Source: Eledone cirrhosa
Lineage: Eukaryota
Direction of reading: 5' to 3'
DNA length: 64,000 nucleotides
Assembly (NCBI GenBank): GCA_964016885.1
Contig: OZ024750.1
Span: 13,888,001 to 13,952,000, forward strand
Shown: positions 40,783 through 53,155 of the stretch, one piece after another
How positions within the stretch are numbered: the first letter of the stretch is position 1
Layout of the letters: each line of letters starts with the position of its first letter
The notes under the pieces: generated by a model
The model's input: only the letters and a program-made list of their open reading frames with translations
What the model was told of the DNA's origin: nothing
Database searches by the model: none
Position numbers and translations under genes: made by a program

Positions 40783-43700
40783 GTGGGATCATCACTATAC
40801 ATATGCACATGTCAGATCGTTATTTTATATACACTTACACATATCGGATCATGGTAGTATTGGGAGGGGGTCAGACACCATGCTTCGCAACGTAGAGTTA
40901 CGGCCCTTTGCGGTATGAGTTCAAATCCCACCAAGGTTAACTTTACCTTTCATCCTTACAGGGTTGATAAAATAAAGCACCAGTAATGCACTGGGGTAAT
41001 TGCTGGCCTTGTGCCCAAAGTAGAAACAATTATTATATTTACATATGCATATATCGAGTCATTATTATATACGCATGCGCATATCGAATCGTTAATCTAT
41101 ATGCATATGCACATATCAGATCACCAATCTATATACATATGCAGATATCAGATCACTAATGTATATAAATACATGCACATATCAATTAGTTGTTACATAT
41201 TCTAAGTATATAAGAAAATAAAATAAACCTCCTTCAGTTAATGGATAATATTTTTGTTTTTATTTTCTCTTCCTTCAGGAAAATCTGGGATGCTGTTAGT
41301 GGAGATGAGTTACACACATTCTCCCATAAACACATTGTCAAGTCAGTAGATTTTTCTCGTGACAGCAAACTACTGCTTACTGCGAGTCAAGAAAAGAAAC
41401 TAAAAATATTTGATTTGGAAAAGCATGAAGCAGGTTTGTTTGGAAACTTCAGTGTTTTATTAAGGTGTTAAAACTGATGATAAAATCACCACTATTAATA
41501 TATAATAAATGACTGATAAATTTTAAAAAGCCTGTACATCATCATCACCATTTGATGTTCATTCTTCCACACAAGCATAGATTAGATGGGTTGTCCAGTT
41601 GCGGACAATGCTAGGTCAGGTGAGCATGTCTTGCTCTGACTGGATACGGCCGGTTTGAATGCTAAAGGGTTTGAACAAGTAAATTCTCACAGCAGTAAAT
41701 CTAATGTAATTATTCTTTCCTCTAATATACTGACTGTTTCTATTTCAGAACCTAAGGTATTTGCTGGTCACAAAGACTCGCTTAAATGTGCTATCTTCAC
41801 TAAAGATGCACAACAATTAATTAGTGCATCCGATGATAAAACAGTTCGGTTTGTATTATTTTTTATTTAATACTAAGTTAGCTTAGTGTAATTAAAATTT
41901 CTTTTGCCTGCTATTAAGATTATTGTTGCTAGATTTTATTTTCTATAATTCTTGTGTGTTTTCATTTGAAAGGTTTTTAGAGCCATTCTTTTTAACTAAT
42001 TTAAAATTTAACTCCAGGACTAGTTACCACTAGTTAAATTTATTTAAATTAGTAGCAGGTACTATTTTCATTTCTTAATATAATAGTTAGTTACCATTAA
42101 ATATCTAGCAATAACAAGCTTTGAGTAACATTTATCACAATTTATTTTTTTTAACCATTTAATCTTTGCTTATTCATCATCATTTAAATTCTGTTTTCAG
42201 AGTCTGGGATGTCAATAATGAAAGTGAAATAAAACAATTAGAGTTTGTAACCCCACCAAATGGCTTAGAACTATCTAGGGATGGCACTGTTTTAGTTGTC
42301 ACCAGTGGATGTGTTACAAGTTTCTGGGATACTGGATCGTGAGTTTGATTTCATTTATTGTTTTTTGTTTTGTATTTATTATAGAGATTTTACAACTGAG
42401 AAGCAGATCTTAAAAGCCATCTTTCCTTTCTTAAGAGTCTTTTCAATATATGAGAATATCAGTTTAAAATTTGTTCTTCAATCCTTATCAATTATTATCA
42501 TATTGATTGGTGTGATTTAATCATCTTCATCTCACGTAGTGATTGATTAATTCCAATCAATATATATTTTGTGTGGGAAGGTTTGCAACTTTATTCTCTG
42601 TTACATTACTTCTGAAATAATTTCTGTGAATAGTTTCCCATTTATAGCTCAGACAATCCTATTGATTTTCTATTTTTAGTTTTCTTCTTTTTTCCTTTAC
42701 TTTCTGCCTATAATATTGGATAACTTATTTTAATAAGGAGAAAATCTAAAACTCAGTTAAAGGACTTTTTTTTTTTTTTTTTGTAATTAATTACTGGGAG
42801 CAAGCCATAACCTCTTGGCAATCAATAGTCCCATGATTTCTCAAAGACCTGCAGTGTGAATATTTGGTCAGCTGTGCTGCGTCCAAGACAAAAACCACAC
42901 TGTTTGTCTCATCGCCTGGACAGATTTTATGGGCAAAACCAACCAGCAGGAGACCCATGGATAGACCCTAAACAAGATGAAACAAATTTAAGGAAAATGT
43001 TGAGAAAGAAAATGTTTGTCCAGTTTCAAAATGAGCATAGGAGGATCCCATAAACTTGATCATAGTTTTAGCTAATAATTAATAACTTTAATTATAATAT
43101 AATTTATAACATATATGTTCAAATCATAAGGGACCTAAATCACTAGGGTGAATAAGATACTAACTATGAACAATACGGTTTGCCAGACTCAATTAAAAGA
43201 ATAAATTAAGAAATAGTACAAACCGAATCATGATAACTATCAGACATCCAGACAGCCTTTGGTAAAACTGTTTCGCATCAAGTGAAGGGAATTACCAATC
43301 TGATTTCTTCACTTCTAGGTATCTTAGAAGACAATTTACTGATCAACACCATTGTACTTTTTTATTTCCCTGTTATGTATCTCTTTGCATTGTTTAGTTC
43401 TGAAATTTAGTTGACAATATGCATGTTCATTATTTACTCTTAGATTTGAAAAGATTAAGGAATATGAGGCTCCAACGCCATTGTACTCTGCTTCACTCCA
43501 TCACCAAAAGGATGTGTTTGTGTGTGGCGGTGAAGATTTTAAAATGTATAAGTATGATTATGAGTCAGGAGCAGAAATCGGTAAGTGTCTATATAATTTT
43601 ATTAGATAAATTTCTTGTTGCTAATGACGAACAACTGTCAGTGAAATAATCAATGAAATAATTCTTCTCATAGTATGACAAGGTTTTACACCACGTTAGA

Positions 43701-45005
43701 AACAGAAGTTAGCATATATACTCGAATATAAGCCAAGGAATATGTGGCCAAAATAATCAGTTAGAGGAAGTGTGTGTGGGTGGGGGAGGGGGTTGACTTA
43801 TACTTGGGGTCAATATTTTGACAATTTTCACCAACTTAAACTTCTACATAAATAAGGTTTGGTTTTTTGCCCATTTCTCAGACATAAAATAGTGGGGTCG
43901 CCTTATATTCAAGTATATACAGTAATTACTGAAAGTAGTTACTGTATTGTTTCAGTCATTGAATGTAGAAACAGCTTTTAAGCACTTTCCTATCCAAGTT
44001 TGATAGTATTGTACAAGATTGCATCCATCTTATAAATCATCATCATTATTGTCACTATTTAATGTCCATTTTCCATGCTAGCATGGGTTAGACGAGTTGT
44101 CCCGTTGTGAAACAAGTCAGATCAGATGACTGTCTTGCTCATACAGGACTGTTTCAGGCTTGATCTTAATGTTTGTAGGTGTGCAGAGAAGAGCGATTGC
44201 TGCAAGGTGATAATGTAGGTGTGCAGAGAAGAGCGATTGCTGCAAGGTGATAATGTAGGTGTGCAGAGAAGAGCGATTGCTGCAAGGTGATAATGTAGGT
44301 GTGCAGAGAAGAGCGATTGCTGCAAGGTGATAATGTAGGTGTGCAGAGAAGAGCGATTGCTGCAAGGTGATAATGTAGGTGTGCAGAGAAGAGCGATAGC
44401 TGCAAGGTGATAATGTAGGTGTGCAGAGAAGAGCGATTGCTGCAAGGTGATAATGTAGGTGTGCAGAGAAGAGCGATTGCTGCAAGGTGATAATGGAAGC
44501 TATCTTTGCTTCAATCTACTATGATTATAACTGCACAACTGTTGTTTTACTCATCATTTAAAAAATGATTCCATTCAGTGGTATGCTATGGGCAGGTTAT
44601 TGGTGTTGTTCCCTCAAAGCCTTGCTGACGTATGAATTGGTACAAACAACCTTACAGCATCATCACGAAGCCATTGGTTGAAGATAGTTCCGTTACATTC
44701 TGATAACCTTTAACACCCCAGTGGTGGTATATATATATTTTTTCATATTGTATATTTTGTTCTTTTTTTCTTTTACAGAGTCCTTTAAAGGTCATTTTGG
44801 TCCTGTACATTGTGTCCGGTTTTCTCCTGATGGGGAGCTTTATGCCAGTGGGAGTGAAGATGGTACCTTACGTCTTTGGCAAACAACTGTAGGCAAGACA
44901 TACGGTCTTTGGAAGTGTGTGTTGGCAGATGAAACTACCACACCAACTACAGATACAGTGCCACAGTCTGCACCACCGCAACAAGCAGTCAAAGCCGAGG
45001 CTTAG
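31037..45005 (+). CDS. STRAP: Serine-threonine kinase receptor-associated protein (UNRIP), WD40 repeat protein
   Basis: Exons 31037-31151, 39980-40115, 41279-41433, 41749-41848, 42201-42338, 43444-43580 and 44779-45005 join in frame (1008 nt, 335 aa). Sequence: [19 protein letters not shown]...[32 protein letters not shown]...[41 protein letters not shown]. Confidence 0.96.
32285..32605. mobile_element. Palindromic Penelope-like terminal-repeat remnants with hammerhead-like cores
   Basis: Inverted segments 32395-32421 and 32488-32515, plus a hairpin at 32519-32592 ending GAAACGGC-aggagctca-GCCGTC. Shares gtattgagtac with the elements at 546 and 53156. Confidence 0.55.
32847..33129. mobile_element. 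MITE with terminal inverted repeats ta(t/c)tctcgggtc...gacccgagagta
   Basis: Imperfect TIR of about 20 bp (ttctcgggtctcgaataa / ttatttgggacccgagag), bounded by TA. Confidence 0.65.
33590..33715 (+). mobile_element. LINE endonuclease N-terminal fragment
   Basis: [37 protein letters not shown] is typical of the start of an RTE APE domain. Confidence 0.7.
33929..34103 (+). mobile_element. TTAA-flanked MITE
   Basis: TTAA|ccctttagcattta...tactaaaggg|TTAA. A second, 3'-truncated copy lies at about 34490-34695. Confidence 0.8.
34892..35119. mobile_element. Second TTAA-flanked MITE family
   Basis: TTAA|cccttt...aaaggg|TTAA with an internal sequence unrelated to the first family. Confidence 0.55.
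35600..35860 (-). mobile_element. LINE reverse-transcriptase C-terminal remnant
   Basis: [11 protein letters not shown]....[20 protein letters not shown]. Confidence 0.75.
36380..36540 (-). mobile_element. tRNA-derived SINE copy (family 1)
   Basis: ggatgaaaggcaaagttgacctcagcaagatttgaact...ccgccaatttgccgcc. Confidence 0.8.
36545..37300 (+). mobile_element. RTE-type LINE reverse-transcriptase remnant
   Basis: [17 protein letters not shown], followed by [12 protein letters not shown] in another frame and a FADGIV-like catalytic motif. Heavily disrupted. Confidence 0.75.
38030..38485. repeat. Dispersed repeat of about 450 bp; second copy at about 53395-54045
   Basis: Long stretches of high identity, e.g. 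tagtaatttcctgtaaaatactaaaagattg and gggatagaattgacctgttgggttatccactggaaattacaataattggatc. Confidence 0.85.
38570..38745 (+). mobile_element. tRNA-derived SINE copy (family 1)
   Basis: ggtggcgaattggcag...ctgagttaaaatcccgccaaggtcaattttgcttttcatcc. Confidence 0.8.
40851..41032 (+). mobile_element. tRNA-derived SINE copy (family 1)
   Basis: gagttcaaatcccaccaaggttaactttacctttcatcc...ggccttgtgcccaaagtagaaacaatt. Confidence 0.8.
43714..43923. mobile_element. Tc1/mariner-type MITE
   Basis: TIR tatatactcgaatataag / cttatattcaagtatata, with an internal repeated ggggtcgacttata-like motif. Confidence 0.65.
44174..44495. repeat. 40-bp minisatellite, 8 near-perfect copies, in STRAP intron 6
   Basis: Unit tgtaggtgtgcagagaagagcgattgctgcaaggtgataa; one substitution seen. 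Confidence 0.97.
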
Positions 45006-46621
45006 TCTGGCTGTTGCTCTCTCTTCACTCTGACAGCTCCAACTTTCTCTCCTACTCCTCTTTAACTTTCTTCCCATTCCCAGCATTTAATTTCTTCCTC
45101 CTTTGCAAGCAATTTCTTCATCAATGCTTTAATTGTTGCTCCTCTAAAACTATAATTTACTTTAATTTGAAATAACTTGATAGATCCTCTCTGATGATAC
45201 TATTTTATTTTATTTTTAATACATTATCATAAACACACACACACACACACACACACAGTCATACACTCACATAAAAAACAACAATAAATGAAAGAAACGC
45301 TCTTGACACCTTGTCTTTTAGTTTTCTCTGCCGTGAGAAAGTAGTGTTATATCATGTCTGAGAAAACAAGAACTGGTCAAATTAATTTGGCTATTGCCCA
45401 CCTAAAACTAGTTGTCCATTTTGTCGACCAGTTTCATTTTGAACACTGCTGTGAATGGGGATCACTCATTATTTTCAGACAGCTGCTTCTTCATGAAGCA
45501 ATAAATATAATATTTATAAAAAAAAAATCCCATGGAACTTCAAATAAAAAGTAACTCCTTAACAAAAGCAACTAAAACTAAAAACAAAAAAAGGAGATCT
45601 GAAAATGTAAGAAAATATGAAATGAAAATAAATTTTAAAAAATACAATAAAAATGTTCAGAAAAAATATCTTGCCTCAGATTTATTTCTTTTCCTCTTTC
45701 TACTGTTTTTGTTTAACAATTGCGTTTCTTGGTATCTCTTTATTTTGATTGAAATTCGTCAGGATTGGAAAAGATAAAGTATCCTGTTGCTAGTGAAGTA
45801 TGATTGGATTTTTTTTACTTCTCATTTTTATCGATCACAGCTCCTTTGTGTATATAACTACGAAAATCTTCTAAAATTATGATTCTAGATTGTTGAACTA
45901 ACATTGTTTTAAAACACAATACTTTCATTTCTATCAACACTTATTTTATGCTCCAGTGCTTAGATCACTCAAACAATCTATGCTAATATACAAATTGGTA
46001 AAATGATCTAACTTGTGGTTAGTGCCAATTTCTATATGAATGCAATGTCATATATATATATATTCCATCATCATCACGTCCGCTTTTCCACACTGGCCAT
46101 GGGTTGGATGGGTTCCTCTCAGCACAGCAACTCTCACCACGTCTTTCTTGGTTTACCTCTGCTGCGGTTTCCCTTCCACTGGGATTTCCTGGCACTTCTT
46201 CACCCATTGATCATCATCCATGCACATCACATGTCTATACTAATGCAGTCTTCTGCACTTCTCTTAAATCCAGCCTCTCCTCACACCTACATTGTACATC
46301 CAACGAAGCATGGTTGCGTCATTTCTCTCCAGTCTACACATCTTCTGCAGTCACTGCCGATGGTTCATTACCATGCATCAGTCGTCCTTTTGTACGTTGG
46401 GAGAACCTTTTTTGCTGCATTGTTTTTTACTTTTCCATGCTGGCATGGGTTGGACACGACTTTTTGAGGCAATGTTTTATAGTTGGATGCTTTTTCTGAC
46501 ACCAACCCTTTTAGTTGCTTCTTACGACATGACGGGATATAGTGTATCTATTCCAAACTGGATACTGAATATATTAAATGTTACAAATCTAGTTATAACA
46601 TCTCAAACTTAATGGAAAATA

Positions 46622-46806
46622 TTTAAACCGCCGTATCTGATCAGAATTCTCTCGCCTCCTGTTTAAACCAGTCATAACTGGCTGCTCATACTTGTTACGG
46701 TATTGTTCCCCATATCAATCTCATACACTTGATATTATGTTAGATGAAGTGTTTACTGTGAAAATACAATAATAAATATAGAGTAATGCAAATGCTAAAG
46801 GGTTAA
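46622..46806 (-). mobile_element. TTAA-type MITE just downstream of NDUFB8
   Basis: Ends ...aatgctaaagggttaa; internal sequence is the reverse complement of the family. Confidence 0.7.
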
Positions 46807-46913
46807 ATGAAAACACACACACATATATGTCCAATTTTCATTTATTATCTAAAATGATCACATTTGTCCTATATTTTCAAAGTTTTTTGTTGATAAAATA
46901 TCATTGAAGAGCT

Positions 46914-47418
46914 TCATTCTGCAGGTTCAAATGTGTAGTTTACAACAGTTTTTTCATTAGCTGGATCTCCACCTTTTTCTATATATAGATCATTGTAAGG
47001 ATATTGTTTAGGCATCTGCAATAAAAATGATTAAATCATTAACTGAAACATTACAGATTGTTAAATCAAATCTTTCAACTATCTCATGCTCCAATCCAAT
47101 AGGTGTGAAATTGTTTCATTATCCTCAATATTATGCAGTAGTTTGTTTTCATTTATGAAACAATCTATCTTATTTTAGTTCATATAAAAACGAGAAAACT
47201 CAACGTGTTGGGCTTTAATTTATTATTTGAATTTCGTATTTCTAAAGAAATATGGTATAAACATAAATAAACATTTGGAAAGCCATGCTATGAATAAACA
47301 CTGGCAGCCAATGCCACCAAGCGGTGTTTGGCAGAAGCAATGCAGACAATCGTCGATGCATTCCGAACTCAACTGGTTCTCGCTCTTTGTATACAGCTAT
47401 GTTTGAAGCTAAATTCTA

Positions 47419-47466
<48 letters not shown>

Positions 47467-50400
47467 TAAAATGATGGTGATGATAAATCTTTATACTCAC
47501 AACAGCTGGATGTAAATTAACTGAGGATGTCAAGTAAGCTAATAATGCTACGCCTCCTAGAACTCCAAAAAGCATCAGTGCTTGCATGGATCTAGAAATA
47601 CAAATAAATAAACATTAACAATATAAACTATTTTCAAACATTATATCTTAGATTCTAAATCCCTTTAGAACAATTCTAATCTTGGCTGTTTGTTGAGTCA
47701 TGTAGTTAAGAATTTTGCCTTGCCATGGCAAAAAGCATAAAGTCCACCCTGTTTGCTAAACCAGTGCCACAACAAAAGTACCCAGTCTATCCTGTAAGGT
47801 GATCGTGTTTGTAACAAGAAAAATCACCCAGACCACACTGTAAGGTGCACGTTTTGGTGCCACGATAAATGCTCAGTCCACACCAACGTGGTTGGTGCTA
47901 GGAAGGGAATCCAGCCATAGAAACTAAGCCAAAATACAGATCTGTATGAGCAAGACGTGGTTTTCAGACCTCATTTGTCTCATAATGTGACAAACTCTCA
48001 ACCCATGCAAGTGTAGAAAAATAGACATCAAATGATGATGGTGATGAATCATGTGCTTCTGTTTGATTCCATTGCTAGGAACCTAGGGCTTTGTCAGAAA
48101 ATAAAAGTTGAATAATTTCAATTAAATTGGTACAAAGATTACTCTTAATTTTACGATCAAAACAAAATATTGTAGCATTACTTTACATTATTAGCTTTCA
48201 ATAAACCCAGATTTAATTAAATTTTATTCATTGAACCCTCTAATCTGAGAAATTAATTAACATACTTACAGAGAGTAACGAAGGTTACTAATAACATCAG
48301 GACTCATCCTATCTTCCGTCAACCAGTTAGCTTCAGCATGCATCTGAAATGTAACAATTATTTTATTTCTTTAATTAAACAAATGTGAAATGATTGTACA
48401 ATTTTAGATTTGGATATGATTTTTCTTTTTGGCGATATGACTTTTACAGATTATGAAAGGCAGGCGGCTGAATTAAAATAATTGCATGAGCTGATGCATT
48501 ACTGCACTGGCTTCAGCAGAAGAAAGGAAGTAGATATAAAAACCAAACTCGCTATCTTCGATTTGCTGTTCCTGCCTACTTTTACTGACAGTCATGAACC
48601 TTGGGTGATAACAGAAAGAATACGATCTTGAATAAAAGTGGCTGAAATGGTTCTCCTCTGAAGGGTCTTTGGAGAAATGTTACTCGATATTGTGTGTAGC
48701 TCTGAGATCAGGGAGTCACTCCAGGTGGAGCCACTACTTCTCTGTTATTATGGGCATGTAGTTAGAATGTCTCAGGAAAGGATCATCGGACAGATGGTTT
48801 AAGGGCAAAGCCATGAGCGAAATGGCTGGATAACATCCATAAACTTGTGTGTGTTTTGCTGAGGGATCCAACCAGATCATTTAGAGGTGTTTGCTCCTGT
48901 TAGGACCCCCTGGAAGACTCTGGGGCACCATGCCCTCTAAAAACGGAGGAGACTTTTACAGCTTAACGTCCTTCCGAAAATTAGCCACTCAACCATATGA
49001 GAGTTGATAGTTTTAGGAAGAACATCTAGAGCTTTCTTGCCTTCTCTTTGAAATACTGAAGAATATATCAAATATAGTAAATTTGAACTGACTGTTGCTA
49101 ACATACTAAACCAACAGTTAATTTAAAATTCAAAAATAAAATTTAATTTTTATCTAACACTGAATAACTTACTGGTTCACCAAAGTTTCTCCTCAGTTCA
49201 GGCATATCCCAGTTCACGTATGGATCCCTACCTTCTGCCGAGATGGGAGGAAGTTTAGGATAGTCTCCAAGACCTGTACCATCATCTGGGTATGGTTCAT
49301 AATCCTCCTCTCGGAGACCATATTTTTTGGCTGCAATTGCTCTTTCTTCTGGAGTTTCAGGGAACTTACTAGGGTGCCAATCTTTGTTCCAGTCTAAAAT
49401 AACAAATATGTGAAAGATTAAAAGCTATGTAAAAAAGAAATTCTATATATACAGGGTTGCTTAGATCTTTGAGGACACATCTTTTCATAGCTCTAACTTT
49501 TTTCTAACTTGTTCTGATTATCATTTCTTTTCAGTTAAATGATGACAGGCATCAAGCTAACCCAGAAAATGAAAAGACATGCTGCAATATTTGTCTTAAA
49601 GGCAGAGCATAGTGATTTAGAGATTGCTTGCTTGTTTCCTGAAAGTTGCATGGTCATTTGTTATCAAAGTCTGCAAAGAGCTGGAAGCTGCTGTCGGGGA
49701 TTCTCCAGCAGTAGCCTAATGTAAAACACCTGCTGTATGTACTAATACCACATTTTTATGAAAGGTGCAGAAAAATTTGCAATAAAACCCCCAGAAAGTC
49801 AATTAGTACCATTGCTAAGGAGTTCAAGCTTTGAAGGTACATTATTGGAATTGTGCACAGAAACCAAAAAAAAAATTAGGTGGATGGGCAGATGCCATTT
49901 AAGATATGTAGGAATCTGTGTGTATGTGTTTATGGTTAGCATCATGCAACATATAGTGGTGCTGGAGCCACAATAAAATACACTTAGCCTACACTATTAA
50001 ATGGTAGTACTAGTTCCATGACAAAAAGCACCCAGTCCAACCTGTAAGGTGGTCATGGCAGTGCCATGATAAAAAACACCCAGTCTATACTGTAAGGTGG
50101 TAGTGGCAATGCCATGAAGAAACGTAACCAGTACATGCCGTGAAGTGATTGGCGTTAGGAAGGGCATCCAGCCATAGAAACCAGGCCAGAATGGATCATA
50201 TGAACAAGATGCAGTCATCTGACTGACCTGTCTAGTCTTAGATCATGACAACCTGTCTAACCCATGTAAAACTGAGCAGAATTTGCCCTTTAGCATCTCT
50301 TTGTTGTTGAAGTATTTTCTAGTTTTGAAGAAGAAACTGGAATTTTGTCGAGGAGTTTTGGGTGTATGGAAATAACCATCTAACATGATTAAATACCTGA

Positions 50401-51460
50401 TTAGGACATTCTGAAAACGGAGTCAGACATTTGAAATGTCAGTATTCCTTGAAATCCACTACAGACTGAATAATGTCATTATTATTATTACTGAAGAATC
50501 AGTAGCGTATCGGACAAAATGCTTTGCGGTTTCATTCTTACGGGTCGATAAAATAAAGCACCAGTAACGAACTGGGTCGATTTAATCGACTTTCGCCTTC
50601 CCCCAAATTACTGGCCTTGTGCCTAAATCAGAAACCATTATTATTATTATCACTGAAGAATCGCTAGAGTACCGGGCAAAATGATTTGCGGTATTTCTAC
50701 GTTTTGAGTTCAAATCTCGCTGAGGTCAACTTTACCTTTCATCCTTACGTGATCGATAAAATAAAGTACTGGGTCGATGTAATTGACTTTCACCTTCCAC
50801 TTAAAATTACTGGCCTTGTGCCCATGCTAGAAGGAATTATTTGTTACCAGGCTATCAATAATACAGAAATATTAATTCAAAGATGAACAAAAAACAACAA
50901 AAATGTGTATGTTTGCTTTTGTTCTTTTAATATGGATCGGTATCTAAATTATGTCTTTAAGCAGAGATAAGTACTTAAAAATAATAACTGGATTTATTCT
51001 CATTAACACATGATAAATTATTTCGGTGGTAAGAAAATCTCAAGAGAGCTGGGCAGCAGCAGGTCTTCAGAGAAGAATTCCTCCTTAAGCAAATGTTTCG
51101 GACTTAGCTTCTTTACACTCTAAGGGGATCGGGCCGCATCCAGGTCATGACTCTTGTGTGCCCTTCTGCTGACATTTAGCCATTAAGATATCGGAGACTT
51201 GTTGTGTATCTAAACCGTATGACAATGTATAAAATGAATTAAATAAGAAATATATATGTTATTATTAACCAAGGTCATAGATAGATGTTTCGACCATATA
51301 GCAAGAATAAAGATATAAAGTAAATAACAATGAGTATTAATTAGAGATAATACTTACATGCAGCTAATGGACGTCCTGTATGTATTTTTCTGATCTGGTT
51401 AACGGAAGAAACTGATCGAAGAGCAGCTAGTGCTCGATTAAAGCTTCGAAAGGAAGCCAT
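46914..51460 (-). CDS. NDUFB8: NADH dehydrogenase (ubiquinone) 1 beta subcomplex subunit 8 (ASHI)
   Basis: Exons 51460-51358, 49393-49173, 48343-48270, 47591-47501 and 47015-46914 join in frame (591 nt, 196 aa). An Arg/Ser-rich presequence is followed by [38 protein letters not shown]...[19 protein letters not shown], one transmembrane helix and the C-terminal [24 protein letters not shown] lies at 46846-46841. Confidence 0.95.
48440..48930 (+). mobile_element. RTE-type LINE 3' remnant in NDUFB8 intron 2
   Basis: Degenerate [27 protein letters not shown] and [12 protein letters not shown] motifs. Related 3' fragments lie at about 11290-11490 (-), 16060-16270 (-), 27805-28060 and 30330-30570. 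Confidence 0.65.
49450..49870 (+). mobile_element. Tc1/mariner-like transposon 5' remnant
   Basis: TA|cagggt start, followed by [20 protein letters not shown], an HTH-like transposase N-terminus; frameshifted. Confidence 0.5.
50496..50835 (+). mobile_element. Two tandem family-1 SINE copies
   Basis: Each starts actgaagaatc..tag after a (tta)n run and ends ctggccttgtgcc. Confidence 0.75.
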
Positions 51461-51710
51461 TTTCTGTCGAGTCGAGGAGATCACTGGTAAGGGAGGTAAC
51501 TCTTTTAAAAGTCGTTCCAAGGTGATGTTCAGTCATAACGCAAACTAGCTTTTCAGTTTATAAGGATTTTAAAATGTTTAAGTTACTCAATACCAACAAT
51601 ACTATAGTAATGATTATGTAATATAATAGTAATGATTTTTAAATATTTGCGCAAGGCCAGAAAGTCGTGGATAGAATCGAATAAATCGACTCAGTATATA
51701 CGTTATGTTA

Positions 51711-51875
51711 GGCGGCGAATTGGCAAATACGTTAGATTGTCGGACAGAATGCATCGAGGTATATTCGTTCTGGTTTTCTGCGTTCTGATTTCAAATTTCA
51801 CCGAGATCAAGTTTGCTTCTCATCCTTTCAATGTCCATAAATAAAATACCAATCCGCTACTGTCATCGATTCTTC
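51711..51875 (+). mobile_element. tRNA-derived SINE copy (family 1)
   Basis: ggcggcgaattggcaaa...gtcggacagaatgc...tttgcttctcatcc. Confidence 0.7.
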
Positions 51876-52126
51876 TTCTAGAAGAAATACGTTGTGTTCA
51901 GACCTGGAGAGGGATCGGCCTCGCCTGGTTTAAAATGCTCAATACATGTATATGCCTACGGTTGCATCAGAAGTAAAGGGCGAGTTTTGAGAAGACCCCC
52001 CCCCCCCATGCTTTAAAGCAGTCTTGTTCTGTCAGAGGGTCTCCTACCAGCTAGCTTCCCTACATTTATATTGATGGTTCAGTCTACAGACGTGATAAAA
52101 TGTATCACTATTAGGCACATCTTCCT

Positions 52127-52425
52127 TTTATAGGTAGCAAGAGCAGTCTTTAAATAACGAGTGTTCAGACCAAACCATAGCACCCTGGGTCCTGATTCAC
52201 CAGTTCTATATTTATAGGTAGCAAGAAAAGTCTTTAAGAAAACTGCTCAAAGCACCATGGGCCCTGATTAACCAGTTCTGTATTTATAGGTAGCAAGGAA
52301 ACAGTGCTGAGAGCACCATGAGCCCTGATTAACCAGTTCCATATTTATAGGTAGCAAGAGCAGTCTTTAAGTAACGAGTGTTCAGGCCAAACCATAGCAT
52401 CATGGGCCCTGATTCACCAGTTCTA
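52127..52425. repeat. Tandem repeat, 4 variable-length units (about 60-85 bp)
   Basis: tttataggtagcaag...ccatgggccctgattaaccagttct repeated. Confidence 0.85.
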
Positions 52426-53155
52426 TTACTACTACGTCAACAGGAATTTTATATATATAGATATCTGCTGTGTTATGTCTCTGTCAAAGAGGGAAACAAT
52501 GCTGGTCCAGTTTATTTTGTAAATAAATAAATAAATGTTTCAATGACAAGAATAGATCCTCTAAGTTGTTACTTGATATGGTAGAAATAGCAGCAAATCT
52601 TTCTTCAAAAAACACTCTGGTGTTTTAAAAAAGTGACCTGTATAATTGTTGATATGATGATATGAAACATCATCTTTTAATGTCTATTTTCCACACTAGC
52701 ATGGGTTAGATGGGTTGTCTCATTAGAGGCAAGTTGGGTCAGAAGACTGTGTCTTGCTCATATAGAACTTTCTGGCTAGGTTTCTACAGCTGGATGCCCT
52801 TCCTAGCGCGTCACCCAATCTAACTTGCTCCTAAATGGGACAAACCCGTCTAACTCGTGCTAGCGTGGATGATAGACGTTGAACGATGATGATGATATAT
52901 ATATATATTCTTAGTGTGAAATTGTGTGTTGAAACTGGTATTGATATATTTGGGGATGATCATGTTGCCAGTATTGCCAATATTGCCAATAAAACACACA
53001 CACACCATATGATTTTCACTTTATCTTTATTACTAGTTATTGGTTAGTTCGCCACACATTCTGTGACCTCCTCAATGACTATCTCTTTTCTTTCTGGTCT
53101 TAATCTGTTACTCCATCTTGTCTTTTGTTTTGTATATATATATATATATATATTT

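Noticed and set aside
44174-44495. CRISPR-like regular array (also 11717-12118 and 22068-22395)
   Set aside because: Units are head to tail with no unique spacers, there are no cas genes, and the context is a eukaryotic intron. These are minisatellites.
46015-46612. Overlapping 106-150 aa ORFs between STRAP and NDUFB8
   Set aside because: They derive from antisense LINE/SINE 3' remnants with (CAT)n tails and have no coherent protein features.
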